From NCBI RefSeq assembly GCF_036588685.1, contig NC_086380.1:70618001-70682000 (forward strand): DNA of 64,000 nt, written 5' to 3'. This document shows positions 24,701 to 35,385 of this stretch, piece by piece. A program made the translations under genes and the position numbers. Position 1 is the stretch's first letter; every line of letters begins with the position of its first letter. The notes below the pieces were generated by a model. That model worked only from the letters and a program-made list of their open reading frames with translations. It was not told the DNA's origin and ran no database searches. This DNA is from Mytilus trossulus (taxonomy: Eukaryota).

Positions 24701-25551
24701 GTCCATGGTTGAAACAGTATATTGACTTCAATACCGAAATGAGGAAAAAGGCTACTAGCAATTTCGAGCAAAAACTTTTTAAAAATGGCAACAATGCTAT
24801 TTTCGGTAAATCAATGGAATCGTTGCGGAAACATATCAACTTCTCTCTCTGTCATAGGTGGGATAAGTTTCAAAAACTTACTGCAAAATCATCATTTAAA
24901 AGCTTTAAGATATTCAACGACCACTTGTGCGGCGTGCTACAAACCAAAACAAAAATTTTCTTCAACAAACCAATTTACCTAGGACAAATGATTCTCGATC
25001 TGTCAAAGGCGCACATGGTTGATTACTACTACAACCACATGAAAAAACTATACAAGGAGAATGTAACATTATGTTACACAGATACTGACAGTTTCATTAT
25101 GCATGTGAGAACTGATGACATATATAGAGACATGTCGTTAAACAGTGAGCTATATGACTTTTCAAATTATCCAGCTGATCACCCTCTTTACACCAAAGAC
25201 AGGAAATCGATTATTGGTTTATTCAAAGATGAATGCAAGTCCATTCAAATGGTGGAATATATCGGACTAAGAGCAAAAATGTATAGTTTTATCACCGCAG
25301 ACGACAAGGAAACTGTAGTAGCAAAGGGTATTAAAACCCGAAATGTTAGATTCGAACAATATAAAAACACCTTGTTCAATTGTTCTCCACTACTCTCGCA
25401 TATGTACACTTTGAGAAGTTTCAACCATCAGATTCACATGGTGAAGGTTGTGAAAAGTGGACTATCACCATATGATGACAAGAGACACTTGCTGGATGAT
25501 AATGTGCATTCGCTAGCATATTTTCATAGAAAATTAAAAGAAAAACATTAA
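21748..25551 (+). CDS. Protein-primed family B DNA polymerase with N-terminal zinc fingers, terminal-protein/OTU-like region and an endonuclease VII-like insert
   Basis: Exo I YADMET, Exo II FHNLKQFD, Exo III YLKTD; Pol A YVDANNLYG, B KNGNNAIFGK, C YTDTDS; CHIC...RDHAH..GKFRG..C..CN insert; intact 1267 aa. Confidence 0.97.
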   Translation: MADDHFCEDLLRLYPDSNPQYQQQLRELNDRLSVDNDNRSNLTVKVYSCYYCKLLFDHPSKLKRHQRNSCTFPCRQCDRHFDSAENLFKHSNIDHTTYQTGSGNTDSNSHTTIKHKSVDKSALLGIARARFIYPNEDNGEKYDLLAFLSGIKHEVKTHLQEMCVELGHIKWYMNCLVQMIKPNGGEGGNDLKNNAHFISKTSNLVDRANIDDEHDINVTYQKIFKSFDEYIRNGSGWSLDHIKHIEINTAKYKPLGGGSYIPLPRTLAATRALLNIRNLDEKCFVYAIIASIHPTCSGDPSKVHHYIPYEHELNMEGIQLPVAPSFVSKFERQNNISVMVLGFEEGEFFPLHVTGLREAHHEVDLLYLKSGNKSHWCLITDLNRLLYRTKCLGRSHKYCRFCLSGFTSEHTLEKHIKYCSKFEAQHVTYPTKGVDDILTFQDHAKQLQTSFVIYADMETFCEPMVTEEPEDNRTSTTKLTKLIPCGYGYQVVCIDDRYTQPPKIYRGENVSEHFLHSLLDENKRIKAILNNPEPLCMTVEDEEDFQSSTHCHICMEEFTDSTIRVRDHAHVSGKFRGASCRDCNLNFKEHTFVPVIFHNLKQFDAHLICSSIGIFKSEEIGCIATNAEKYISFNLSNLRFIDSYQFLNCSLEELVSSMSKENPKETFKHFTKEFDDDKRIALLLKKGTYPYEYIDNAARFNETELPSIDKFYSNLSEKTISQTEYEHAQRVWNQMNIKNIGEYHDLYLKTDVLLLADVFETFRKKWITNYSLDPANYYTLPGLSWQSALKMTGVRLELLTDPTMWLFFEQSIRGGLTMVSCRHAKANNPYLSNYDPALPTSYLMYVDANNLYGLSMSMPLAVGKFQWLSEEEINDFNVLNVSNNADIGYVIECDLDYPDNLHDLHNDFPLAVEKGVITNEMLSPHSRHLYEQANDDGKEYQPSTKLLATLKDKKHYILHYVNLKLYLKLGLVLKKIHNIVSFEQRPWLKQYIDFNTEMRKKATSNFEQKLFKNGNNAIFGKSMESLRKHINFSLCHRWDKFQKLTAKSSFKSFKIFNDHLCGVLQTKTKIFFNKPIYLGQMILDLSKAHMVDYYYNHMKKLYKENVTLCYTDTDSFIMHVRTDDIYRDMSLNSELYDFSNYPADHPLYTKDRKSIIGLFKDECKSIQMVEYIGLRAKMYSFITADDKETVVAKGIKTRNVRFEQYKNTLFNCSPLLSHMYTLRSFNHQIHMVKVVKSGLSPYDDKRHLLDDNVHSLAYFHRKLKEKH

Positions 25552-25849
25552 TACAATTGTAAATTGAAAAAAAAATCCATATCCGTAATAAATTCAAGAA
25601 AAAGAAAACACACTGTACAATAATTATATAATATTTTATTTCATGTAAATAAATATATGATTTTATAATAAAATATATCAACATATTTAAGTTTTATCCG
25701 TTTGCTATCAACCTGGGGAAGTGAAATACATAGGGCAATGGGGAGTAGCATGGTAAAATGGCGACTTTAACTTAAAAACCCCAATGAAAATACATAACTT
25801 TAAAACCCAAATGGACCTTCAAACAAACTTCAAACATAATGACAATAGG

Positions 25850-26250
25850 ACAATGGGGAATAACACCTTCAAACATTAAGGCAATAGGACAATGGGGAAT
25901 AACACCTTCAAACATAGGACAATGTGAAATAACACCTTCGAACATTAGAACAATGGGGAATAGCACCTTCAAACATTAGAACAATGGGGAATAACACCTT
26001 CAAACATTATGTCAATGGGGAATAACACCTTCAAATGGGGAATAACACCTTCAAACACACCAGTGAAATACATTGGACAATGGGGAATAACACCTTCAAA
26101 CACGATGAAAATATTACAAATAAATTTTAGATTAAAATATAAGAGACATATTCTTTGGTAAATTAAACACAATTATGAAAATGGGGAATTACACCTTCAA
26201 ACGCACCAGTGAAATACATTGTGCAATGGGGAAAAAGACCTTCAAACACG
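25850..26250. repeat. Irregular tandem array of CAATGGGGAATAACACCTTCAAAC inside the Polinton
   Basis: About 9-10 copies with variable spacers between the convergent 3' ends of PolB and the minus-strand accessory genes. Confidence 0.85.
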
Positions 26251-26317
26251 ATGAAAATATTACAAATAAATTTCTTAAATTTTAGATTAAAATATATGAG
26301 ACATATTCTTTGGTAAA

Positions 26318-27486
26318 TTAAACACGTGAAAATCGCATGTTTAATATTTTCCTTAAAATATCGGAAAAGTTCTCCCTATTGAACAAAAGTCCGAGTGAAT
26401 TTAAAACAGACCCTGGGACGTTCTTTAAATGAATGAATATCTCTTCAGATGTGAAATGGCTGCATTCCCTTATCATTTTATTTAATTGATATCTTTGATC
26501 AAAAATTTCCTCGGCAGCATTAAACACATCTAATTCGGCAAATCCAGGATTTAAAACAAATTGAAAGTCTGCATAATCCATAAAAATAATTAAAATTGGT
26601 GAGGGAATTTTACAAAAAAAATCTCTCATTTGAATATCACATTTTGTTGTTAATTTATTATAAATACATGCAACAGATAAAGTTCTTAATGAAGGTGGAG
26701 CTGACCGCTTTCGTTTTTCACTCAGTGTCTTTTTTTCTACTTCTTCTCCCATTGTCCTTTTTCTGTTCTGATTGGCTAAAAGAAATAAATAAGATACATA
26801 AACTCTAGTAAAATAGTTTTCACATCATAAATCTACAGATACATGCATGAAAACAAATGAACAAAGTGCGACACCTGTATTAAGAAATTGGATTTCATAA
26901 TGGAGATTTCTAAAATAAATGAAAAGGATGAATTGAGTAGTGCAAATGTGGAAGAATATTCACTTAAAATGACAGATGAGCATGATTACAATTTTATCAA
27001 TATGGATACAGCTGAAATCAGTGACCAGTTTCCACAACTGCACAGGCTTGGTGCAAAGATGAAAATTGTCGGATTGTTATTCTGTTCGATAACTCTAGCA
27101 GTTATATTAATAAATGGGCCATTAAACAGTGAAAATGATCCTCCATTCATATCTGATGATGTTAAACGAAACAGTAGCGGAAACGATTTATTTTGTAATA
27201 AAATGGACACTTTTGCTTTATCTGAAGATATTTTTGTAAATACATGTATATTGAATAGTGAACTGTTTGTATTATTGAGAAATGATCCTCTTAGAAATGA
27301 GATCGCTTTAAATCAAAGGCAATGGTTTTATCTTAAAGCGAGTATTTCACATATTGATAAATCAATCTTTGATTGGAAAAATGTTGCTAAGTTATAAATG
27401 ATTTCTATCCTAACTATTGTATATAAGAACATATTAGAAACAGAATAAAAATTTGATCACTTACTGGTGTTATCTTCACTCGCCAT
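26318..27486 (-). CDS. Two-exon Polinton accessory gene, join(27486..27465, 26775..26318), 159 aa, BC-box-like motif
   Basis: AAGATGG start, phase-1 donor GTAAGT at 27464, acceptor TTTCTTTTAG at 26776, in-frame join MASEDNTTNQNRKRTMGEE; motif PPSLRTLSVACI. Confidence 0.65.
26900..27397 (+). CDS. Hydrophobic segment plus degenerate PC4/Sub1-like domain protein, nested antisense in an intron
   Basis: KIVGLLFCSITLAVILI segment; C-terminal FALSEDIFV...IALNQRQWFYLK...ID resembles the PC4 fold pattern. Confidence 0.55.
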   Translation: MEISKINEKDELSSANVEEYSLKMTDEHDYNFINMDTAEISDQFPQLHRLGAKMKIVGLLFCSITLAVILINGPLNSENDPPFISDDVKRNSSGNDLFCNKMDTFALSEDIFVNTCILNSELFVLLRNDPLRNEIALNQRQWFYLKASISHIDKSIFDWKNVAKL

Positions 27487-27708
27487 CTTCAACTGCTTCA
27501 GAAAGTATGAATCCAGCTCCAGCTGTTTTCTTTTTCTTCTTTAGCCCCTTGAACGGGCCAGATTCTGCTGCAACAATCACCTTTCTGACGTCCGACTCTG
27601 ACACTCCCGCCTCCTCATCGCTATCGCTGATAGCAATCACCTTTCTCTAAAATAAGAATATCATAATATAGAAAATTATCTTAAAATTTTAAAGTTATTT
27701 CAATGTTT

Positions 27709-27741
<33 letters not shown>

Positions 27742-27888
27742 CTTTTTATGGTACATTTAATTGGATAATTACTTTAAATTCATAAACTTGAAAATTATAA
27801 CTACTTATTTTGATTTACATAGAAAAAAAAAAAAAAAAAGTTGTTTTACCTTTCTTTTCAAAGTAACTTTTTTTACTTCTTCTTCTTC

Positions 27889-27920
<32 letters not shown>

Positions 27921-28875
27921 CTTCTTCTTCTTCTTCTTCTTCTTCTTCTTCTTCTTCCTCTTCAACAACTATAACCTTCTTTTTCCTGCTAGGTTTTTGC
28001 AGCTAAAAAAATTAATATATAATAAAAACAATTGAACGTGTAAGAAATCATATAAATCAACGTTTGCTGTGGGAAAGAAATTCGTATTTATTAGCGGTTG
28101 AGAAATTTACCTAGAAACAAAAATGTTGAAATATCTGCAACTGAACGTTTATCAAAACATTTTTTACTTGCTATCAATAACTTTGAAAATTAATACTAAC
28201 AGTGGTGAAATCAACCCAGAAACAAGTGAAATATCTGCAGCTGAACGCAAGCCGCTTGTAAATACTCTCTATCAATAACTTACTTTTAACTAAAACGTTT
28301 GTTGTATATTAAACCTATAAAGTATATATTTATGTTCAATTATTTGCTGTTGAAGGATAATTAGAACGTTTATCATATAGTTTTTACTCGCTTTCAATAA
28401 CTTTGAAAATTATGTGTACTTACTAGCAGTAGTGAAATTTACGAAAAAACATATAAGGTGAAACATCTGCAGCTGGTGCTTTTATTAAACACTCGCAATA
28501 TCTTACTTTAAAATAATTTTGTAGATCGCTCCTATTTCTTAGAGAATAAAATATATATCACGCTCAACTATTTGCTGCTGAACGATAATAATTTAGCTAT
28601 ATGTTCATGTAAATATTTACTGCTAAATATTAGAAATCACTAACCTGTTTTTTTATTTCTGCCTCAGCTTTTAAAAGAACTGGCTTCAGATTGCATAGCT
28701 CTTTAAACTCATCAGTCCCAAGAGTTATGCTTCTGCTACTTGTTAAACTGCCTATGTGGATATAAACATATCCCTTGTACGGTGTAACCGCAATGTTCTT
28801 CTTTCTTCCAAAATTCAACTCAGCCCGCTCTACTTCTCCACCAAATCCCCTCATGTACTCAACCTGGTTCATCAT
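27476..28875 (-). CDS. Three-exon PC4-like ssDNA-binding protein with poly-Glu and basic tail, join(28875..28645, 28002..27850, 27646..27476), 184 aa
   Basis: GT-AG introns with T-rich acceptors, both phase 0; exon 1 FGRKKNIAVTPYKGYVYIHI...ITLGTDEFKEL; the (TTC)n microsatellite is the poly-E tract. Confidence 0.75.
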
Positions 28876-31431
28876 TTTTATCGCTTTATGATAGAATTGA
28901 GTGTACCGCGTTAATAAAGGAATAAAGCTTCCGTTTCATTAAATTATGAATAATAGTTTCCAACACTTATTTACTCCTAAAGGCTCGCCAACCTTCCATT
29001 ATCCATGTTACACCATTTTATTAATTCATATGTAATTTCAGTGTAGATCTGTCCCGATCGCGATTTTTCATGTCAGATTGATCTCCAATATTGCGGCAGT
29101 ATTTGGATAATACACCTTCTGTTTACATTAAATCTTAGTTCATCAGTTTAAATATAAAGTGTTTATCACCTTTCAAATTTGAAAAGTGATCATTACTCAA
29201 TAAATTTTGATTGTTTTTATTTAAGATCAATTATATATTATAGATTTGTTCGAACCGGATTTTGATGGTTATTTTTTACATCTCATTACTATTTTTTCTC
29301 TCTATATATAATTTTTCCTTCATTAAAACAAAACCTATTTTCTTTTCTTTTCTTTGGATCATATTTTCAATGGTAAATCGAGTTGGATTTTGACGATTAT
29401 TTTTACATCTCATTACTATCTCCTTTTTTTTTCTCTCTCTCTCTCGCTCTAATTTTTTTCATCGTTAAAACACCTTTTTTCTTTTCTTTGGATCATAGTT
29501 TCAATGGTGAATCCTATCTCCTTTTTCTCTCTCTCTATTTTTTCCTTCGTTAGAACATAAGCGACTTTTTTCTTTTCTTTGGATCATCTTTTCTTTGGAT
29601 CATATTTTCAATGGTGGATCATATCTCCTTTTTCTCTCTCTCTCTATTTTTCCCCCTACATGCTACTTTTTTCTTTTCTTTTCTTTGGATCGTAGTTAAT
29701 TGTTTTGCTCATGACTTTTTTGCAGCTAGCTAATTTTTCCCATGTGTAAATATTTCATTTGATAAGATTTGAGATTGAAGCTTGTGGATTACCATCTTTT
29801 ATAATTAATAGTTGATAAAAATGTTTTAAGCAAAGTTTTTGTTTTGCAAATTTCTAGATATGCTCTTTTCTTTTCTTTGGATCATTGTAAATGGCGAATC
29901 TTGTTTTGTTCATGACTTTTTTTTCAGCTAGCTTCTTTTTTCCTGTGTAAATATTTCATTTTCTTGACAAGATTTGAGATTGAAGCTTGTGGTTTGACCT
30001 CTTTGAAGAGTTGTCTCATCAGCAATTAAACCATATTTCTTTTATAATTAATAAATTTAAAGTAGATAAAAATTAATTAAGCAAAGTTTTTGTTTGCAAA
30101 TTTCTAGATGATATACAAATGGTGTCAACTGGTAATCATCCACATTGATTGGGGTAGCAATGCAGTGGGAAAAGTTTAAGAAAAGTCTAATTTATTAACA
30201 CATATCAAATACAAATACTTTATTCCATGAAACAACATAGTAAGTTTCAAAACAAATCAAGTTTTCTGCACTATTTATATAACAATTGTAAATAATATAA
30301 ACAAGAGAACTATCAAATGAAATTTGGTTATAAAAAACTTACATCATTTGTAATGCACCATTTTTTTCACATAAAACATGTTATAGAAAGCACCATGACA
30401 GCGGTTACAAATCAAGAATTTTTATATATTTATCTCTAGGTTTAACTTAATCATATAGCACTATAAAAAGTAATAAAAACAAAAGAAAAAAAGTTTAAGC
30501 AAACACAATATGATAAAATATGCGATAATATGTTGTAATTAAATTTGGATGCTGTAAATTCTCATATGAAAAAATTCCAAAGATGAAAATGATGATAAAG
30601 TAAACATAAAAACAAAAAGTTCTCCAAACATTATATACATATATATATTATTTACATATATACAATAATACCAATCATATTTGTTTTTTAATTTAATTTA
30701 TTTCTATTACAAAACTAAACATATGTAAATGGAAAACTAAAAAGAATAATTTAATGAAAGGAATAGATTAATAATGAACTTTAATACCAGAGAAAGTAGA
30801 TTATTTAATGAAAAGAATAGATTTATAATGAAATTTATGGTTTGAATGAGCATGAAACATATAAACTAAGGTGAATTTATAAAAACAAACTACATGTATA
30901 CTACTATTTACAATATAATAAAATGAGAGTAGAGAAATGCGAGTATAATCAAAATCTTTTCTTTAATTAAAATAAAGTGTAACTAATCCAAATAAATCAA
31001 ATGAAAGAAAATTGAAAAGTTTTGGTGATATAATTTTTCATAATATAAGTAGATTTGTAGAATACATCCTCATCAGTGATTATTAAAATTTAGATAACAG
31101 TGTATAAATAAGTTTATAAAATTTAGAAAAAAGATTATAAAATTTAGAAAAAAAAAAATAAAAAAAATATAAAATTTAGAAAAAAAATTTAAAAAATTTC
31201 ATAAAATTTAAAAGTTTAGAAAATTAATCATAGGTTAGTCTCTGTGGCCGAATAGATATCCTGTTTGATCTTCTCAATATTCTTGGTGGTTGTTGTTGTG
31301 CTGGGGCTACTCGTCTGTTATTTTCACGTGGTGGAAAAAAATAATTTATAATTTCTTGAAGCCTTTCATAAATTGCGATGAGGATATATTCTACAAATTA
31401 AAAAGTAGTAAATACAGAGATAGATATTAAC

Positions 31432-32773
31432 TTAAACAGTTTTTTTTGGTGTATTAACAAAATCTGCAATTTCTATTTCGGATAGTGAATCTGCATCGAC
31501 ATTGAAGGAGAATTGGTGTTGGCGGAAATTGGTTTTTGCAGTTCTCTTCTTTTTGCAGATGCAAAATAACATCAGCGACAAGAGCATAACACATGCTAGA
31601 GATGCTGTAAAGATAAATTTGAATATGTCACTTACTTTAAAAATTATAAAATATATTGATATATATAAATAGATTAGACCATTGGTTTTTCTGTTTGAAT
31701 TGTCTTTATAGCTTACTGTTTGGTGTGAGCTTTTGCTCTGTGTTGAAGGTCATACTTTGATCTATAATACATTGGCACTCATACCGCATCTTTTTCTTAT
31801 TTATAAATAAGTGTTTTTATTAGAACATGTATATATTTTTATTTTATTTATTTATTTTATTTTTATATTGTTTGTCAATCAAATAAATAAATTAAATTTA
31901 GATACTTACCAAAAATCATTATAAGAATGATCTTAATATTATCTAGACCCTTGTCTTCCTCCTGTGCATGTGGTGTTGACTTCTGAAATAAAGAAATAAA
32001 ATCATGTATTTCATGAAAATGTTGATATTAAAAAATCTTATCCTTCACATTTTAATTTGTTTTTAAGCACTATACTATAGAGAATACAAATTGACTCGTT
32101 CATGTACATGTATTTCCTAATAAAAATAGAAAACAAAACGGACGTTTTAATTAAAAAAATATCAGATAAATGCTTACCAGTTGTTTATCAGTGGTGCCGA
32201 TTGACAATGTGGATCCTGGTGTTACTCTTGTTGCTGCTGTTGTTGTTGTAGAAGCTATGACTCCATTCTGTAAAAAAAAAATATACATAATGTAAGAAAT
32301 GTTTTACACAATAAAATTAATAAATAATATATAAGATCTGCTCATAGTTTAGGTTGTTTCTAGTCACTTTACATATAGAGACAATACTACGTGATTACTT
32401 TAAAGCTCTTATTATTCTGTTATTCTTTTCTAATTTCCTATATACTTACATCACAATGTATACCATTAACAATTGTTATTGTTTCTGGTGCTGCTAAAAC
32501 ATTGCTGCATTTAGAATTTCCTTGTTTGATCTCAATTGAATGCAGGTCTCTATTATTTGCAAGGTCCAATTGTCCGGCAACAAAAAATCTTTCGAATACG
32601 ACTTTCTTTACATCTAGTCGGATTCTGGTGTTGTAGAGCCCTGCTCCAGTCCATCTGCAATGGAGAGTATCCCCCTCCACTGTGCATACATCTCTCAATT
32701 CATGCGAGCATGAAACAGCTGACATTGTGAAACAAATGATGATGAATATAAACATGGTGTTGATGGGTGACAT
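31432..32773 (-). CDS. Four-exon type I membrane protein, join(32773..32450, 32267..32178, 31982..31910, 31604..31432), 219 aa
   Basis: Three GTAAG donors and CAG acceptors with matching phases (0,0,1); signal peptide, 4-Cys ectodomain, Thr-rich stalk, TM IILIMIFASLACVMLLSLMLFCIC, stop-transfer KKKR. Confidence 0.8.
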
Positions 32774-32924
32774 TTTGCAAATATTTTGAGGAATTAAATA
32801 CCCGGATGAGAAATAAAAACAATAGTCTAATTAGGGAATAAATTAGGGGTAATTAATTCCGTGATATATGGTTGGGATAAGAGTGGTAGATGGATAAGGT
32901 TTAATTAATGTTTGAGTATGGATT

Positions 32925-33411
32925 GTTTTAATAAATAATAATAATAGTTTTTACAATATACGCTAGGGTTAGGGTTAATTAATATATTTTCAATTCTTAT
33001 TCATTTTTTGTTACAAATGAAACTTAAAAGTTTTATAAAATTTCTTCTCTCAACGCGAAGTCATTTAATCTTCTATTTTTTCAGTTTTACTTTTAACTTC
33101 TTTATCCAAAATATTAACAATTTAAATTGTCTATATGTTAAATGCGATGGAAAATAAATCATAATATTCTTTTATAAGTGAAAAAACAAAATTTTCATTT
33201 AATATTATACAACAGTTATATTATGTAATTTTCTTGACGTCTGCAAAATTCAACGTGTGAAAAAATCAAAACAGTCTTTTATATTTCTACAAATTTTAAA
33301 ATCCAATATTTTGATATTATTCAACAAATATATTATACAATTTTGCTAGCGGGAACAAATTTTTGTCAACGTGGCAAAAATATTTGCTGCTGCCACACAA
33401 TATATACTACT
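32925..33411 (-). repeat. Right TIR of the Polinton, including TAGGGTTAGGGTTA at 32964-32977
   Basis: Reverse complement of the left end. Confidence 0.8.
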
Positions 33412-33417
33412 AATTAT

Positions 33418-35385
33418 ATTGAAAATATGATATGTGGAATATCAGTTGATGACAACCCTACTACTATATCAAAGTGCTTCCCAAGAAATCTGTAAAACAC
33501 AAAAGTCTGAAAGCTCTAACATACCCCCACTCCGAAAAGAGGGCTCACTATCATCTGACGCAAAGGCAAAATCTAACATTACAAATGAACAGTTCAAAAG
33601 AGCATTCACACCTGTAACATCTACAGATAATCCAATACCAGATAAGGGAATCAGTAAACATCCGCAGATGCTTGATATTACGATACAAAAACAGGGCATA
33701 GAAGAACTTCTAAATAATATCAATATCAACAAAGCCGCTTGGCCTGATCTCATCCATGGAAAAAAATAAAAAGAATGTAAGTCATCTATCACTCCCATCT
33801 TATCAATTATATTCCAAACATCACTGAACTATGGAAAGATCTCAAACGACTGGCGTCACACAAGTGTATGTCAAGCATTCAAAAAAGTCGACAAACACGA
33901 TCCTATAAACTATTGCCCAATATCATTAACTTGCATCTGCTGCAGACTATTAGAACATGTTGTAGCTAGTAGTATCATGAAACATCTGGAAAAAATACAA
34001 TATGACTTACAACATGGTTTTTGATCCTCCCGCTCCTGTGAAACTCAGCTAATATAATTATTCAAGATCTTGCAAATTCAAATAATAAAACCTCCAAATA
34101 GACATCATAACAATGGATTTTGCAAAAGCGTTTGATAAAGTTGCACACATTAACCTCATGTATAAAATTGGTTTCTACGGTATAAATTGCAATGCATATC
34201 ATTGGATTCAAGATTTCTTAACAAACAGAAAACAAACAGTAGTCCTTGAAGGTGAAACATCAAATAAAATTCCTATAACATCTGGGATATCCCGAGGCAC
34301 AGTACTTGGTCCTATTTTATTGTAAATCTTTATCAATGATATAGCAGAATATATTGAACATAGTACATTAAGATTGTTTGCAGATGAAAGCATTATTTAT
34401 AAAAAAAAAATTAAAAAAACAGATGACGCATTTAAATTATAGTCTGACTTAGAAGCGGCCGGCAGGTGGGAGCAGGATTGGCTCAGGCATTTTAACCCTG
34501 ATAAATGCAACATTCTCAATGTAACTCAAAACGGCAAACCTTTAGACTTCGCTTTTAAATTACATAATCTCTTTCTAGAAAAAAGTCGTCTCTACAAAAT
34601 ATTTAGGCTTAACTCTTCAATCAAATTCAAAATGGGACAAACATATCGATAACATGAAATCAAAGGCAAAACAGTTCCTTGTGTGTATTCGAAGAAAGAT
34701 AAAACTAGCCTCACCGAAAGTTCAATCTCTTGGATATAAAGCTCTTGTGCGACCAAAGTTAGAGTACTGCTCAACAATTTGGGACCCACATCAAATCCAG
34801 CAAATCAAAAGTTCAGAGAAAAGCCGGACGCTTCTCATGCAACTGCTTCCATAACACCAGCGCGGCACTGGAATGATGACAGATCTAAATTGGTTACCCC
34901 TGGAAATTAGGCGTTTACGATATGGACTCGTTTTTCTTTTACCAAATTATTAATGAAATTGTTGCAGTCGCTACACTCAAGTTTTGGATCCCACTAGACA
35001 ATAGGACCAGACATAGCAATCCACACTTATTTTGGTAAATACAAACATCTAAAGTGCTTAGACAGTTTTAAATATTCATTATATCCACAAACAGTTATAA
35101 ATTGGAATCATCTGCCACAACAAATAGTATCATGCAGTACAGTACAGGGATTAAAGAGTATGATCTCATAATCTGCTCTTATCCCCATATTCTATCCCTA
35201 ACTATTCAGTTATGAAAACATTTTATCAAAACATTTTTTTTCAAATGTACATACATTATTGTGATTTTTTGATTTTGTTATTTTTGATTTTTTTCTTGTT
35301 TTAAATTATAAATTTCATAGTCGACGCCCGGTGAATAATCTTCAATAATTGAAGGATCGCTAGAAACCTAAATAAGATGAAGAAG
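33418..35385 (+). pseudogene. 3' part of the decayed LINE ORF2 (reverse transcriptase) and 3' UTR
   Basis: DFAKAFDKVAH, GTVLGPILL*IFINDI, LFADE, YKALVRPKLEYCSTIWDPH with many stops and frameshifts; 3' end approximate. Confidence 0.9.

Larger units (their letters stand above)
15459..33411 (+). mobile_element. Full-length Polinton/Maverick (adintovirus-like endogenous virus), 17,953 bp
   Basis: Termini AGTAGT...ACTACT, TIR perfect for about 53 bp then degenerate, 6-bp TSD AATTAT (15453-15458, 33412-33417), INT/capsid/protease/ATPase/PolB gene set. Confidence 0.97.

Noticed and set aside
25850-26250. Repeat-with-spacer array as CRISPR-like
   Set aside because: Spacers are very short, irregular and related to each other
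27761-28035. Plus-strand poly-Ser and poly-Phe ORFs
   Set aside because: Antisense of the poly-Glu exon on the minus strand
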